64,000 nt of DNA from Escherichia coli (GCF_011045215.1 NZ_CP049201.1); one strand, 5' to 3'. Counted from the first letter of the stretch, positions 1-12,781 are shown. A program made the numbers and translations. The notes: generated from the sequence alone by a model not told the origin.

Positions 1-1437
1 CCTGCAGCTGGCGCAACTGGTCGATGCGCGCATCGTAACGCGCTTGTTGCAGGCTGCCTAATTTCACCTGCGAACTGGCGCTACTCAACAGCGAAATGGC
101 CTGATCGAGTCGCCCGGCGAGCGCATAACCTTCTGCTCGCGCAGCCAGTTCCTGATCGCGGTTATTTAGCGCGGCTTCCGCCTGTGCCAGCAAATCCCAG
201 CCGTTGCTGTCATCTTTATTATTAAAGGTGTAGCGATTCAGAATATTGGCCGCTTCTTGTGGTTGACCGCCTTGCAGATAAGCGTTCGCCAGGTTGAGCT
301 GCAACACAGGATTGGTGCGTAAATCGCGGGCATTTTTCAGACGATTGATCGCCTCATTGGCTTTGTTTTGCCCAAGATCGATATCAGTAGCCAGATCGAG
401 ATACCATGCGTTGCCAGGTTCTGCCGCCAGTAACGGTTGCAGCGTTTTACGCGCCTCGTCGTATTTATTGGCTTCCATTGCCTGTAAAGCACGACCATAT
501 TGTGCTGCTCGTTGCTGACGAACGTTTCCTTTCGCCCATTCATCCAGCAAATCACTGGTGAGCTGGTTACGTCCGGAATTATACATCCCCAGTGTGCGCG
601 CTTTCGCCAGATAGAAATCTTCCGACGACTGCACCACCATCGGGCGCATCTGATTAGCACGGTTGCGGGCATCTGCCAGACGACTTTCCGGCAACGGGTG
701 AGTCAATAAAATTTCCGGCGGGCGCGAGGAGTAACGCGCCTGATCGAGTAATTTTTCGAGGAAGGTTGGCATCGCCTGCGGATCGAATCCCGAGCGTTGC
801 AGCACCTGAATACCAATGCGGTCCGCTTCCTGTTCATTTTGCTGGGTGAAACTGATCATCCCCTGACGCGTTCCCGCCAGTGTACCGGTCAGCGCCGCCA
901 TCCCCGCCTGCGGACTGGCCATCGCCAGTAAAATAGAACCTAACGCGCCGACCCAGGTCAGCGGCGCGCTGCGCTGCTGATCTTCCATCGCTCGCGCCAG
1001 GTGACGTTGGGTGACGTGGGAGATTTCGTGCGCCATAACTGAAGCCAGTTGACTTTCGTTATCGGAATAACGGAACAGGGCAGAGTGCAGCACCACGTTG
1101 CCGCCAAAGAAAGCAAAGGCGTTAATTTCGTCGTTGTTGATCAGAAAAAAATGAAACGGTGTCTTAACCGAATTGGCATGCGAAACCAGACGCATCCCCA
1201 GCGAATTAATATATTGCGTTAACAGCGGGTCATTAATTAACGGCGCGCTGCCGCGTAGCTGGCGGACATAATAGTCGCCCATCTGCATTTCCTGACCAAT
1301 GGAAAGCGTGCTTCCTGCGGAGGTTCCCATATCCGGCAAGGTGTCTGCGCTGTCGGCAAACGCCGGGGCTACCTGACCAATGGTCATAGCAGCAATGAGG
1401 GTTGCAACCAGGTTTTTTTTCAACTGCCTGAACATAA
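1..1437 (-). CDS. bepA: Periplasmic TPR-containing M48 zinc metalloprotease BepA (YfgC); 3' end lies beyond window start
   Basis: Minus-strand ATG at 1437 reads [20 protein letters not shown] (signal peptide); HEISH (HExxH) zinc motif encoded around 1013-1027; not in ORF track because it runs off the window edge. Confidence 0.85.
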
Positions 1438-1647
1438 CCTCTATCCTGTATTTCTGGAGATAGTCATTTGACCGATACTGTGAAATATCGTTCCCACCGC
1501 GCCGCCTTTGAGTGTAACGGCGAAGATTAGCCCACTCAAATGACTTTTCAGTTTCCTGAATCCGTCATAAAAAGCGAAGTCTTTTTTGTGACATTTCGAT
1601 ACAATTGCGGATCGCAATCCCGCTCTTGAGGTTCAGGGAAGGTCTTT

Positions 1648-2709
1648 ATGCTCGAAATGTTGATGCAATGGTATCGCCGCCGTTTTAGCGACCCGGAAGC
1701 GATTGCCTTGCTGGTTATTTTAGTTGCCGGATTTGGCATTATCTTTTTCTTTAGTGGCCTGCTTGCTCCGTTGCTGGTGGCTATTGTGCTGGCCTATTTG
1801 CTGGAATGGCCAACCGTGCGCCTGCAATCTATTGGCTGCTCCCGCCGCTGGGCGACGTCGATTGTATTGGTGGTTTTTGTCGGTATATTGCTACTGATGG
1901 CGTTCGTGGTACTGCCTATCGCCTGGCAACAGGGCATCTACTTAATCCGCGATATGCCGGGGATGCTCAATAAGCTTTCTGACTTTGCCGCCACGTTGCC
2001 GCGCCGCTATCCGGCGTTAATGGATGCGGGCATTATTGATGCAATGGCCGAAAATATGCGCAGTCGGATGCTGACCATGGGCGATTCGGTGGTGAAAATT
2101 TCCCTCGTCTCGCTGGTCGGTTTGCTGACCATAGCCGTCTATCTGGTGCTGGTGCCATTGATGGTCTTCTTCCTGCTGAAAGACAAAGAGCAGATGCTGA
2201 ATGCCGTTCGCCGGGTACTGCCGCGTAACCGTGGACTGGCAGGACAGGTGTGGAAGGAGATGAATCAACAAATCACCAACTATATCCGCGGCAAAGTGCT
2301 GGAGATGATCGTGGTAGGGATCGCCACCTGGCTGGGGTTCTTGCTCTTCGGGCTGAACTATTCGCTGCTGCTGGCGGTGCTGGTCGGCTTCTCGGTACTT
2401 ATTCCGTACATTGGCGCATTTGTGGTGACCATTCCGGTGGTTGGCGTGGCGCTATTCCAGTTTGGTGCAGGCACGGAATTCTGGAGCTGCTTCGCAGTGT
2501 ATCTGATTATTCAGGCGCTGGACGGCAACCTGTTAGTACCGGTGTTGTTCTCCGAAGCGGTTAACCTGCATCCGCTGGTGATTATTTTATCGGTGGTGAT
2601 CTTCGGTGGTTTGTGGGGATTCTGGGGCGTATTCTTCGCCATTCCATTGGCGACGCTGATCAAAGCCGTGATCCACGCCTGGCCCGATGGGCAAATAGCG
2701 CAAGAATAA
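1648..2709 (+). CDS. perM: AI-2E family inner-membrane transporter PerM (YfgO)
   Basis: 353-aa ORF, multi-pass hydrophobic profile; divergent from bepA as in E. coli. Confidence 0.8.
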   Translation: MLEMLMQWYRRRFSDPEAIALLVILVAGFGIIFFFSGLLAPLLVAIVLAYLLEWPTVRLQSIGCSRRWATSIVLVVFVGILLLMAFVVLPIAWQQGIYLIRDMPGMLNKLSDFAATLPRRYPALMDAGIIDAMAENMRSRMLTMGDSVVKISLVSLVGLLTIAVYLVLVPLMVFFLLKDKEQMLNAVRRVLPRNRGLAGQVWKEMNQQITNYIRGKVLEMIVVGIATWLGFLLFGLNYSLLLAVLVGFSVLIPYIGAFVVTIPVVGVALFQFGAGTEFWSCFAVYLIIQALDGNLLVPVLFSEAVNLHPLVIILSVVIFGGLWGFWGVFFAIPLATLIKAVIHAWPDGQIAQE

Positions 2710-2713
2710 TCTT

Positions 2714-2747
2714 CAGCCCGACGAACTGTTTCGCCGGGCTGATTTTT
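2714..2747. terminator. Hairpin (cagcccg / cgggctg) plus T-tract between convergent perM and focB
   Basis: 7-bp inverted repeat 2714-2720 / 2735-2741 followed by atttt; sits between two convergent stop codons. Confidence 0.45.
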
Positions 2748-3595
2748 CAGGATTCCTGACGTAAATAAATAGCCCGATAACAAATACTCACCAGCACTGC
2801 ACCGCCGATAATATTACCCAGCATCACCGGGAGCAGATTGGCGGTAATAAAATGGCTGACCGTCAGTGCAGGAAAATTGTCTGCGCTACTGTGCGCCAGT
2901 TGCCAGAAGGGGCGTGGGGCAAAATGGCGAATGGCAATGGCGAACGGAATCACAAACAAATTGGCGATACAGTGCTCAAAGCCACTGGCGACAAACAGGG
3001 TGATGGGCAAAATCATGGCGACGATTTTGTCGCATAATGAACGCCCGCAATAACTCATCCACAGCGCCAGGCAAACCATCAGATTGCACATAATGCCGAG
3101 GCTGACAGATTCAGTAAATGTATGATGCATTTTGCCCTCGGCGCAGTGTAAAACCGCGACTCCCCACATCGCGTTTTCACTCATCACCAGCCCGGAAAAC
3201 CAGATTAACAAACTGAAACAGGCAATACCTGCCAGATTACCGCAGGCCACCAGAAGTGCGTTAATCAGCCAAGTTCGCCAACTAATAACGCCCCGACTTT
3301 TTGCCATCACCGTCATTACCGACGAGGTGAACAGGCTGGTGCCGCAAACCGCCAGCAAAATAAAGCCGAGTGTAAAGCAAAGGCCGCCCACCAGATGGGT
3401 TAATGCCTGTGAAGACGGGGCATCGGCGATAACGGAAAGGTAAAAAGTAAATCCGATCGCCATAAACACGCCAGCGGACATCGCCATTAAAAAGACCGAC
3501 ACTTTACTGCGGGCAATTTTATGGGCGGCAATCCGTTCAGCGATTGCCGCTTTTCTGGCGCTCAACTGCAAGTCGAAAGAGAGTTTGTTTCTCAT
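2747..3595 (-). CDS. focB: Formate channel FocB (FNT family)
   Basis: 282-aa membrane ORF at the distal end of the hyf operon; length and position match FocB. Confidence 0.85.
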   Translation of the reverse strand: MRNKLSFDLQLSARKAAIAERIAAHKIARSKVSVFLMAMSAGVFMAIGFTFYLSVIADAPSSQALTHLVGGLCFTLGFILLAVCGTSLFTSSVMTVMAKSRGVISWRTWLINALLVACGNLAGIACFSLLIWFSGLVMSENAMWGVAVLHCAEGKMHHTFTESVSLGIMCNLMVCLALWMSYCGRSLCDKIVAMILPITLFVASGFEHCIANLFVIPFAIAIRHFAPRPFWQLAHSSADNFPALTVSHFITANLLPVMLGNIIGGAVLVSICYRAIYLRQES

Positions 3596-3616
3596 GCATA
3601 CTCCTGCAAAAGCAGA

Positions 3617-5632
3617 TTACAACACCTCGCGAACCGAGATCCCCAGACGCTGCATTCGTGACAGCAGCGTGGTGCGCTTCATCCCTAATCGTGTCGCCGC
3701 GCCACGGGGCCCGGCAACAATGCCATTGGTTTCTCGCAATACCTGAACAATGCGCTGACGTTCTTCTTCGTCATTCTCTGGCGTCGTCGGGTGCAGCAAC
3801 TGCGCCATTGAACTGCGAAGCGCTGAATCTTCATTTAGCGTCGGCAGTAAACGGCTTTGTCGGACATTTAGATGTAAATTCAGACTGTTACCACGAGTCA
3901 ACAGTACCGCCCGCTCAATCACGTTTTCCAGCTCGCGCACGTTGCCCGGCCAATCCCACGACATCAACTGGCGTAGTGCCTCGGTCGGGATGGCGTCAAT
4001 TGCGCGATTCATATGGCGCGCCATTTTTTGCGTGAAATGCTTTGCTAAAAGAGGGATATCTTCCGGACGATCGCGTAGCGGCGGCAATTCCAGTGGGAAG
4101 ACATTCAGGCGATAAAAGAGATCGCTGCGAAACTGGCGATCTTCAACCATTTGCCACAAATCACGGTTGGTGGCGGCAATGACTCTGACATTCACCGGGA
4201 TCGTTCTACTCCCGCCGAGACGCTCAATCTCCCGCTCCTGCAATACGCGCAGCAATTTAGGCTGAAGTTCTAACGGCAGATCGCCAATTTCATCGAGAAA
4301 CAACGTGCCGCCATCGGCAATTTCAAAACGACCACGATGGGTATTAATCGCACCAGTAAACGCCCCTTTGTCATGACCGAATAACTCACTTTCCAGAAGA
4401 CTGGCGGGGATGGCAGCGCAGTTGATTTTGACCAGCGGCTTGTCGCGTCGCGGGCTAAGTTGATGGATCGCTCTGGCGATCACCTCTTTGCCAGTTCCGG
4501 TTTCACCGCAAATCAACACCGTACTGTCGCTCTTCGCCACAATATCTACCTGCTGGAGCAGGTCTTCCATTGCCTGGCTTTGATAGATAATGTCACCGAC
4601 GCCCAGATTCGAAAGGAGCTGCTCGCTAAGCTGGTGGTTTTCTTGCTGCAAACTTTCCTGCAAATCGGTCATGCTACGCCAGGCATCGGCATTGCCAACG
4701 GCAATAGCGATGCGATCGGCTATGTGTTGTAGTAGCTGGCAGTTTTCCTCACGAAAGAGAGTGGAAGAGGTATGCGCCAGCAACAATGCACCCGGTGTAT
4801 GGTTGCCAAAGGTAAGCGGTATCAGGAGCGCAGATTCGCAGCCGTTAGATGCAAGTAAGAGTAATAACGGGTCGCGTTGCCAGAGAAACAGATCGTCTGC
4901 ACGGTGCGTCAAGGTCGGTTGTCGGGTTTGTAGCGTTTGTGTCAGCAATACACTGTCGCCAGGCATATTGCGTGGCAGACACGCACAATGTGAGGCAGAA
5001 AGATCGCTGCACCACAGGCTGAACTTCTCGTTCTTTCGATGATCGCCCAGTACCATACTGACTGAAGCCAGACCGAAAAAATGATGGATCTCACGAGCGA
5101 CGTCAGCGATCAGATCGTCGAGATCAAGATGTGACAGCACTGCATTAGTGATATCCACCAGTACCCGATGATGATCGCGATCTTTCTCCAGCAAACGCAG
5201 CGCCACCTGTTGTTCTTCATCATTGAGCCATGATTGCAGAACCGGGGTGATAATGCGTGCCAGCCAGTTAAACAGTGTGCAATCCTGGGGAGTAAAACGG
5301 CTGCCGTGGGTACGAATAAAGCGTAGCTCCGCCATTCCACTACTGCCGAGAAGGACGGCGTGACGCGAATAATCGACCATCTCGCCCTGATACTCTACTG
5401 TTGCCGTCACATCGCTGCCATCATCATGGTAGCGGTAATAGAAGTTGCTTTTGAGAACATGCAGTTCAATAAGTTGTACCGGGCTGAACGGCGGCGGCAG
5501 CGGGATGAAGGCGCGTAATAAAGACGCCTTGCCGTGTTTCTGCGCTAACCGCTCCGCGAGCATTCCGTTTACCGCTTCAATTGTTATTCCTTGCGGCGGG
5601 GCAAACATCGCCTCGTCTGACATAGCCATCAA
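3617..5632 (-). CDS. hyfR: Sigma54-dependent transcriptional activator HyfR (FhlA-like)
   Basis: 671-aa ORF with AAA+ Walker A GETGTGKE and the sigma54-contact motif GAFTGA ([15 protein letters not shown]). Confidence 0.9.
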   Translation of the reverse strand: MMAMSDEAMFAPPQGITIEAVNGMLAERLAQKHGKASLLRAFIPLPPPFSPVQLIELHVLKSNFYYRYHDDGSDVTATVEYQGEMVDYSRHAVLLGSSGMAELRFIRTHGSRFTPQDCTLFNWLARIITPVLQSWLNDEEQQVALRLLEKDRDHHRVLVDITNAVLSHLDLDDLIADVAREIHHFFGLASVSMVLGDHRKNEKFSLWCSDLSASHCACLPRNMPGDSVLLTQTLQTRQPTLTHRADDLFLWQRDPLLLLLASNGCESALLIPLTFGNHTPGALLLAHTSSTLFREENCQLLQHIADRIAIAVGNADAWRSMTDLQESLQQENHQLSEQLLSNLGVGDIIYQSQAMEDLLQQVDIVAKSDSTVLICGETGTGKEVIARAIHQLSPRRDKPLVKINCAAIPASLLESELFGHDKGAFTGAINTHRGRFEIADGGTLFLDEIGDLPLELQPKLLRVLQEREIERLGGSRTIPVNVRVIAATNRDLWQMVEDRQFRSDLFYRLNVFPLELPPLRDRPEDIPLLAKHFTQKMARHMNRAIDAIPTEALRQLMSWDWPGNVRELENVIERAVLLTRGNSLNLHLNVRQSRLLPTLNEDSALRSSMAQLLHPTTPENDEEERQRIVQVLRETNGIVAGPRGAATRLGMKRTTLLSRMQRLGISVREVL

Positions 5633-5658
5633 CAGTCCTTATTAATGAGAAATCCTTC

Positions 5659-6072
5659 TCACGCAATTTTTCTGGCCATCAGATAGATGGCCGGTTCCTG
5701 CACAATTTCATCCAACAGATGAATGAATTGAATGCTACGCGCCTGCCACACAGACGTCGCGTCATCTGCCAGTGGCGCGAATGCCCGGGTCAACAGGGCG
5801 GTGTGGCTGGTGTCAATAACAATCTCACCAAAAGTCATCACCCCCAGCATCTTACGTCGGGCTTGCTCCTCTTCGACCAGTGCAAGCCAATCTTTGTATT
5901 CCGTCAGTGGGCAGCGGAAGGCGACATTCAGACAATCAATCACGCCAACGTGATGGCCGATAGCTAGCGAGTAATACATTACCTGAGAGCTGTGTTCCGG
6001 CATCTCGTCGCTACTGGCGACAAACTTTTTTCGCAGCGTCCAGAAAACAATTTCCCCGCACTCTTCAGTCAT
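5659..6072 (-). CDS. hyfJ: Hydrogenase-4 component J (HycH-like maturation factor)
   Basis: Track ORF 5659-6135; start trimmed to internal ATG ([10 protein letters not shown]...) to give the 137 aa expected for HyfJ. Confidence 0.75.
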
Positions 6073-6823
6073 GTAACCCCCGGAGTACGCGAAAGAGTTG
6101 CTGAACGATACTATTGAGACGTGGATCGTCGGCATCGCGCAACCAGGTGTTAACCCGATTTCCTGTAGGATCGTCGCTTAAATGGCGCAGGAGCCGATCG
6201 CAAATTTCTCGCCCCTGACGATAGCCCGCCAGCCGCCGCGCTTCTCGCTCAATGGCGATACGCTGTGATGGCGGGATCTGCGGCCACAACGGTTGCATAG
6301 TCACCCCGGTGGGATCGCGATAATCCACCGCGTGAATCTTCTGTTGCAGCAAACCGAGCGCCACGGCGAAACCGTGAATGGTGGCGGCCGGTGTTGGCGG
6401 GCAGCCGGGGATCCAAACATCAATGGGGACAATGGTGTCGCTGCCGCCCCAGACGCTGTAGAGATCGTGGAAAATACCGCCGCCGACGCCGCACGCGCCG
6501 TAGGAAACACAGATTTTATGATCGGGGGCAGACTCATACGCCCGAAGTGCAGGCATACGCATCGCCCGGGTGACTGCGCCAGTAAATAACAAAATATCGG
6601 CGTGACGCGGTGATGAAACAACCTTAATGCCAAAACGTTCTGCATCGAATACTGGTGTGATGGCGGCAAAAATTTCGATTTCACAGGCGTTGCAGCCACC
6701 GCAATCGACGCGATAAACGTAAGCCGAGCGACGGATATCCTGTAGCAAATGCCGCTTCATCTTTTGCGTTTGCTCGTCCAGCGTGATGGGCTGGCTGACA
6801 TGTTGTGTAAGCACTGGACTCAT
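6065..6823 (-). CDS. hyfI: Hydrogenase-4 small subunit HyfI (NuoB-like Fe-S subunit)
   Basis: 252-aa ORF with a conserved cysteine pattern ([10 protein letters not shown]...CPPTP) typical of NuoB/HycG-like subunits. Confidence 0.85.
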
Positions 6824-7365
6824 AGCTGCTCCTTAGCCACCAGCGGTACATCTGTATCGTCGTTGATCAGCGTCGCGCGTTGTTTGCACTCGGGGCAGAC
6901 GCTCGCTTGCGCCCGCAACATTTCGCGGTTTTGTGGCGCATTTTGTTGCTGTGCCAACAATTCAGCAGCCAGTGCGACGGTTTTTTGCGGGGCAAACGGG
7001 CGTTCGCAACGGCTGCAACGTTGTAGATGGAACGTCGCGCGGGTATAGAGATCGGCTTTATTGGTGACGGTCAGTTCAAAGTTATTGGTAAGCTGGATGG
7101 CTCTGGTCGGGCACACTTCTTCACAACGTCCGCAGTAAATACAACGCCCCAGATAGAGCTGCCAGGTGCGCGAATTTTGCTGGTCGTCGGTCTGGATAGT
7201 CAGCGCATTTGCCGGACAAGCACAGGCGCAGGCACCGCAGGCAATACATTGGCTGGGCATCAGGTCCGGTTTCCCGCGAAAGCCTGGGCTGACCTCCAGT
7301 GGCGCGAAGGGATATTTCACCGTCGCGGTTCCGGCGCGCATAATAGTTTTCAGTAACTTCAGCAT
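6820..7365 (-). CDS. hyfH: Hydrogenase-4 4Fe-4S ferredoxin-type subunit HyfH
   Basis: 181-aa ORF with two CxxCxxCxxxCP ferredoxin motifs. Confidence 0.85.
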
Positions 7366-7374
7366 CTTCTGTCC

Positions 7375-9090
7375 TTACTTCAGCGGCGAACGGTTACGAT
7401 CAATGCCGTAGCGTTCGATCTCTTTATACGGCACGGTTTTTGACTGGCGCTTGCGCACATCAACCAGCGTCACACGGTCGGTACAGGAGTAGCAGGGATC
7501 AAGGCTACCGATAATCAGCGGTGCGTCAGAAACGGTATTGCCGCGCAGCATGTAACGCAACACCGGCCAGTTGGCGTAGGTGGCGGCACGGCAGCGCCAG
7601 CGGAACAATTTTTGGTTATCACCGAGCATGCTCCAGTGCACGTCTTCACCGCGTGGCGCTTCAACAAAGCCCAGCGCGAATGCGTGAGGTTTATAGCTAA
7701 AGCCTTCGGTCAGCAGTGGGGTATCCGGCATGTTGTCGAGAGCAAATTCCAGCATTGCCAGCGAATCAAACGTCTCTTTGACACGGACCATCACGCGGGA
7801 GAAAACATCGCCGCCGGTGAAGGTAAACAGTGTTTTTGGAATATTGCCGTAGTCGGCGTAGGGGTGATCAAAGCGCAAATCACGGGCAAAACCACTGCCG
7901 CGGATCAGCGGCCCTACAGGGCTATAATCACGGGCGATTTGTCGGTCGAGAATGCCAATGCCCTGAGTGCGTTGTTCCATATTCGGCGTGGCAAGCAGCA
8001 TCTCTACCAGCTCCGACACGTCGGCGCGCATCTCGCGCACCAGTTTCAGCGTTTGCAGACGTTGCTCTTTGAGAATATCGCGGCGAACACCACCAATCAG
8101 ATTCAGACCGTAGGTTTTACGCGACCCGGTCAGCAATTCCGCCATCGTCATCGACTTTTCCCGCACGCGGAAAAATTGCATAAAGCCGGTATCAAAACCA
8201 ACAAAATGGCAGGAGAGGCCAAGGTTGAGCAAATGACTGTGTAGCCGTTCGACTTCCAGCAGAATCGAGCGAATGGTATGCGCTCGTTGCGGCACCTCAA
8301 TCCCCAGTGCATTTTCAACCGAGTTGGTATAGGCCACACTGTGGGCAAAACCGCAAATCCCACACACGCGGTCCGATAAGAAGGTCACTTCGTTGTAGCC
8401 CATCCGCGTTTCTGCCAGTTTCTCCATGCCGCGATGGACATAAAACAGACGGTAATCAGCATCGACAATTTGCTCGCCATCCACAAACAAGCGGAAGTGA
8501 CCCGGTTCATCGGAGGTGATATGCAGCGGGCCGACAGGGATCACCCGCGCATCGCTGTTGCCCTCATTGATAAACGGATACGTTTCGGAATCAGTCGTCG
8601 GTTCAGGGCGCAGTCGATAATCCATCGCATCTTTGCGCAGCGGATGCATATCTTCCGGCCAGTCATCGGGCAACACCAGGCGACGCTGATCCGGCAGGCC
8701 AACCGGAATCAGCCCGTACATATCGCGAATTTCTCGCTCGCCCCAGACCGCGGCAGGGACGCGCGGTGTGACTGACGGAAACTCCCGACTGTCGGCATCG
8801 ACCAGTGCCTTCACCACGATCCAGCATTTTTCGGCCCCTTCCATAGAAAGGGCATAATAAACCGCGTAATGACCGTTAAGTGTCCGCTCGTCGTTGCCAA
8901 ACAGGACCGGAAGCCAGCCATCATGTTGATAATAAAGATACTGTACAACGTCAGGCAGCAGATTGATTTTCACCGTAATGGTGACCTGTTCAGGCGTTTG
9001 TCGCTCTTCATCCAGCACCGCGCCGGGGAACTGCGTTTTCAGGGCGGCGAGAATCGCTTCGCCACGATTTGACGATGAATTAACGTTCAC
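7375..9090 (-). CDS. hyfG: Hydrogenase-4 large catalytic subunit HyfG (NiFe)
   Basis: Track ORF 7375-9135; probable GTG start at 9090 giving [14 protein letters not shown]...; NuoD/HycE-like; C-terminal DPCxxCxDR Ni-binding motif. Start uncertain. Confidence 0.8.
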   Translation of the reverse strand: MNVNSSSNRGEAILAALKTQFPGAVLDEERQTPEQVTITVKINLLPDVVQYLYYQHDGWLPVLFGNDERTLNGHYAVYYALSMEGAEKCWIVVKALVDADSREFPSVTPRVPAAVWGEREIRDMYGLIPVGLPDQRRLVLPDDWPEDMHPLRKDAMDYRLRPEPTTDSETYPFINEGNSDARVIPVGPLHITSDEPGHFRLFVDGEQIVDADYRLFYVHRGMEKLAETRMGYNEVTFLSDRVCGICGFAHSVAYTNSVENALGIEVPQRAHTIRSILLEVERLHSHLLNLGLSCHFVGFDTGFMQFFRVREKSMTMAELLTGSRKTYGLNLIGGVRRDILKEQRLQTLKLVREMRADVSELVEMLLATPNMEQRTQGIGILDRQIARDYSPVGPLIRGSGFARDLRFDHPYADYGNIPKTLFTFTGGDVFSRVMVRVKETFDSLAMLEFALDNMPDTPLLTEGFSYKPHAFALGFVEAPRGEDVHWSMLGDNQKLFRWRCRAATYANWPVLRYMLRGNTVSDAPLIIGSLDPCYSCTDRVTLVDVRKRQSKTVPYKEIERYGIDRNRSPLK

Positions 9091-10660
9091 TTTGTTTCTC
9101 CGAAACAGATGCGGTGCCTGAAGGCAAAAAATCATGCCAGGTGCTACGTTGTGCAGACAGGTCGTGCGTCCCTGAGAGGACTATAGTGGAAGCGCCCGCC
9201 AGGATCCTGATGACAGGTTGTGGAATATGCGTTCCCATCGCCAGCATCATGACCAGCAGAATCACCATTGGCGAGGTGGTCAACCAGCCGAGATCACCCC
9301 GGTTAACGGCCTGCGGCGGTTTCGCCATTAACACCCGCGCAGCCATCCGTACCAGGCCCGCCAGCACCAGCGTTAACAGCAATAACAGCAGGACGATAAT
9401 CAGCAGATGATTACGTGCCAGTCCGGCGGTAACGGTCATAAATTCGCTAAGAAAAATGTTGAAGGGCGGCATCCCTGCCAGCGCCAGCGCACCGCCGCCA
9501 AACAGCACGGCGGTAAATGGCATGATTTTAAGCATTCCGCAGACGACGTTGAGATCGCGCGTGCCGTACTTGAGCAGTACATTGCCGGAACCGCAGAACA
9601 GCAGCGTTTTTGCCAGACTGTGGTTTAAGGTGTGCAGCAGCGCGGCAAAAATTCCCAGCGGCCCGCCAATGCCTAGCGCCACCGCGACCAGTCCCATGTT
9701 CTCCACGCTGGAGTACGCCAGCAGACGCTTAATGTCCCGCTGTACCAGAATGAAAAATGCCGCCACGGCAACCGACAACATGCCGAAGATGAGCAACAAC
9801 CGGTTGGGGAAATCGCTGCCGATGGCCTGGCAAATAATGATGTAATAGCGAATCAGTACCAACAGCGCACAGTTCAGCAATACGGCGGAGAGTAGTGCGC
9901 TGACCGGACTCGGCGCTTCACTGTGAGCATCCGGCAGCCAGGCGTGCATGGGAAATAGCCCGGTTTTGGTACCAAAGCCAATTAGCACAAACACAAAGGC
10001 CAACAGCATTAATGTTGGATCAAGCAAGGACGATTGCTTAAGAACCTCGCTCCAGAATATCGCCATTTCTGCCTGCGGCATAACGCTGGCGGCGTTGGCG
10101 TATACCAGCACGGTACCGAACAGACCAAAAGCGACACCAACAGTACAAATAATGATGTACTTCCATGCTGCTTCCAGCGATGAACGCTGACCGTAAATGC
10201 CTACCAGAAACGCCGAGCTTAAGGTGGTGGCTTCGATCGCCGCCCACATCACAATCAGGTTATTGCTGGTAACAACCAGCAGCATGGTGAACAAAAACAG
10301 ATGGAAGAAACCGTAGTAATCGCACAGCGTAACGGGTGAAAGCTCGCCGTGCTCAACTTCATGACGCATGTAGCCAATCGAGTAAACACCGGTGAGAAAG
10401 CCAATCACACCAAGAATGGCGAGGAACAAACCGCCCAGACCATCAATATGAAGCCACAGTCCCGCAGCGAATATTTCTCCTGCATCAGCGGCAGTTTGGA
10501 CCACCCAGAGTGCCAGAATCAGCAGCAGTGTGATCCCTAAGCTATGTAATACTGTCACCGTGCGAGTCGCAGAGTGCCCTCGTTTCCGGCAGGCAAAACA
10601 GAGCAGCGAAAAAAGCAGCGGAGTGAGCAGGAGTAAAGCGAACATCACAGAATAACTCAT
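9080..10660 (-). CDS. hyfF: Hydrogenase-4 membrane subunit HyfF (NuoN/Mrp-antiporter-like)
   Basis: 526-aa polytopic membrane ORF in operon position. Confidence 0.85.
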   Translation of the reverse strand: MSYSVMFALLLLTPLLFSLLCFACRKRGHSATRTVTVLHSLGITLLLILALWVVQTAADAGEIFAAGLWLHIDGLGGLFLAILGVIGFLTGVYSIGYMRHEVEHGELSPVTLCDYYGFFHLFLFTMLLVVTSNNLIVMWAAIEATTLSSAFLVGIYGQRSSLEAAWKYIIICTVGVAFGLFGTVLVYANAASVMPQAEMAIFWSEVLKQSSLLDPTLMLLAFVFVLIGFGTKTGLFPMHAWLPDAHSEAPSPVSALLSAVLLNCALLVLIRYYIIICQAIGSDFPNRLLLIFGMLSVAVAAFFILVQRDIKRLLAYSSVENMGLVAVALGIGGPLGIFAALLHTLNHSLAKTLLFCGSGNVLLKYGTRDLNVVCGMLKIMPFTAVLFGGGALALAGMPPFNIFLSEFMTVTAGLARNHLLIIVLLLLLLTLVLAGLVRMAARVLMAKPPQAVNRGDLGWLTTSPMVILLVMMLAMGTHIPQPVIRILAGASTIVLSGTHDLSAQRSTWHDFLPSGTASVSEKQSER

Positions 10661-10664
10661 CTCA

Positions 10665-11314
10665 TTATCCCTTCAGCGCGGTCAAGTTGTTCACGTCCAG
10701 CGTGCCGTGGGTACGCCATATTTTTCTTGCCAGTAACACCATCACAATGACGGCGAAGATGGCGTCGGTAGCGATACCTATTTCCACCAGTTCCGGTGCT
10801 CGCCAGGCAAGAAGCGCCAGCACCAGATGGGAGCCGTTTTCCATCAGGCAGTAACCAAAAATTTGCCGCAGGATATTGCGCTGGCTGACAATGCACAGCA
10901 GGCCAAGCAGAAAATGACCTAACGCTACCGCCAGCGCTGGTTTCAGCCCGGTAGCCATCGGTAGCTTCACGGGCTGAACGACAAATGCGCAAAGCAGGAC
11001 AATTAACGCGCGAGCAGTGCCATCATTGCCGGACCGAATAACGCTTTTTCCGGGATGTTCTGGGGAATATTTCGTGCAGCGTAAGTCATGATTAACGGTA
11101 CCAGCAGCACTTTGGTGATAAAGGCGCTGGCGGACCAGATCAGCAGTTGCTCTGCGGCGAACAGGCACGAGAGGGTGGCGAAAATAGACACCAGCACCAG
11201 TGACTGGCAGGCGTAAAATCCGCATGACAGGCGATAGCTTTTGACGCTAATCACAAACAGCGATGTCAGCATCATCAGTCCCGCCAGATTATTTACGATC
11301 ATAGAACCGGTCAT
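10665..11314 (-). pseudogene. hyfE: hyfE (hydrogenase-4 membrane subunit) interrupted by an apparent 1-nt frameshift near 11003-11012
   Basis: Track splits it into 11003-11314 (103 aa, ...GPAMMALLAR*) and an overlapping different frame 10665-11225 whose last 114 aa (ALIVLLCAF...TALKG) continue HyfE; 102+114 = the 216 aa I recall for intact HyfE; break lies in a gcgcgcg run. Confidence 0.6.
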
Positions 11315-11325
11315 TCATCATCTCC

Positions 11326-12765
11326 TTACTGCAACCAGGTCGCGGCGATTACGCTGGAAATCAGCGACATCACAATCAGTACAATCAGCACCAGGCGCAT
11401 TGACCCTGGCAGCGGTGCGGCATCGGCGACGGCCTCGCTCGGTTTGCCGGGGACGACGCGACCAAACCAGCGAATAAACCAGGCGAAACTGGCGACCGAT
11501 TCAATCATCAGCAGAATCATGGCGGGCAGCAGGATCCAGTACTCCACTGACAACGCAAAACCGGCAGCAAACAGCGGGAATTTACTGAAGAAGCCGTTGA
11601 ACGGCGGTACGCCGGTAATCGCCAGCGCTGCCACGCAGAAACCCACGCCTGGCAACGGCAGGGTGTGCAATACGCCACGCAGACGCGGCAACAAGCGCGT
11701 GCCGCAGCTGTAACTCAGCGCACCTGCTACAAGGAAAAACAGGCTTTTAGCGAACGCGTGGTTGACGATGTAGGCGATGCTGCCCTCCAGCGCCAGCCGC
11801 GAGCCGAAGATGGAGAGCGACAAACCGAAGAACATCCAGCCAAGTTGAGTGATGGTCGACCAGGCCAGCAACCGCTTCATATCCTGCTGTGGCAAATACA
11901 TCAGAAATCCATAAAGAATGGTGACCAGTGCCATGACCATGCCAACGCCGCCAATCACATGCGGGATATTGCCGCCGTCGATAATGGCGCGGGCAAAAAT
12001 GTAAACGCCCACTTTCACCATCGATGCGGCGTGGAGATAGGCACTGATCGGTGTTGGTGCTTCCATTGCATCCGGTAGCCACGCTTGCATCGGTAGCTGG
12101 GCCGATTTCCCCCACGCGGCAAACAGGATGCCGCCATAAACCAGATAACGTGCGTCGCCGTGTAACTCGCTCATCGCGCTAAGCGCAAACGTTCCGGTCT
12201 GCAAAAACAGCGTGGCGGCGGCAAGATACAACCCCAACGAGCCGATATGAGTGATAAGTAACGCTTTTAGTGCTGAACGCTGCGCTTTATCGCTCTGGTA
12301 ATAACTGATCAACGCCCAGGAGCAGCCGCCCGTAATTTCAAAAAACAACAACTGACCGAGCAGCGTCGAGGAGAGTACCAGTCCCGCCATCGCGCCGATA
12401 AACACCAGCAAAAATGCGTAATAACGATTCGTGCCGTTATGCGGGTGTTCGCGATTTTTATCCGTCAGATAACCCGTGGAGTAGATCGTGACCAGCAAAC
12501 CGAGAAACACCACCACAAACAGAATCAGCGTACTCACGCGATCAATGACCAGGCCAAACAATGCCACATCCCCCACGTTGACCAACGTCAACGTGACGGC
12601 AACTTTATCGGCCTGATAAAACGCGGAGATCAGCGACAACATGCACAGTGTGGTCAGCGCGGCGAACAAAACCCCCCATTCGGCGGCCCGACGTTGTGGC
12701 GAAAACGAAACGACCAGTGCGCCGATAAAAGGCAGCATTAACGTCGTCAGAGCAAGATTTTCCAT
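11326..12765 (-). CDS. hyfD: Hydrogenase-4 membrane subunit HyfD (NuoL/M-like)
   Basis: 479-aa polytopic membrane ORF. Confidence 0.85.
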   Translation of the reverse strand: MENLALTTLMLPFIGALVVSFSPQRRAAEWGVLFAALTTLCMLSLISAFYQADKVAVTLTLVNVGDVALFGLVIDRVSTLILFVVVFLGLLVTIYSTGYLTDKNREHPHNGTNRYYAFLLVFIGAMAGLVLSSTLLGQLLFFEITGGCSWALISYYQSDKAQRSALKALLITHIGSLGLYLAAATLFLQTGTFALSAMSELHGDARYLVYGGILFAAWGKSAQLPMQAWLPDAMEAPTPISAYLHAASMVKVGVYIFARAIIDGGNIPHVIGGVGMVMALVTILYGFLMYLPQQDMKRLLAWSTITQLGWMFFGLSLSIFGSRLALEGSIAYIVNHAFAKSLFFLVAGALSYSCGTRLLPRLRGVLHTLPLPGVGFCVAALAITGVPPFNGFFSKFPLFAAGFALSVEYWILLPAMILLMIESVASFAWFIRWFGRVVPGKPSEAVADAAPLPGSMRLVLIVLIVMSLISSVIAATWLQ

Positions 12766-12781
12766 ATTCCGTCAGTGCTCC

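Noticed and set aside
294-709. Track ORFs 294-518(+), 337-672(-), 500-709(+)
   Set aside because: Lie inside and out of frame or antisense to bepA, whose real minus-strand frame runs off the window edge; overlapping-frame artefacts
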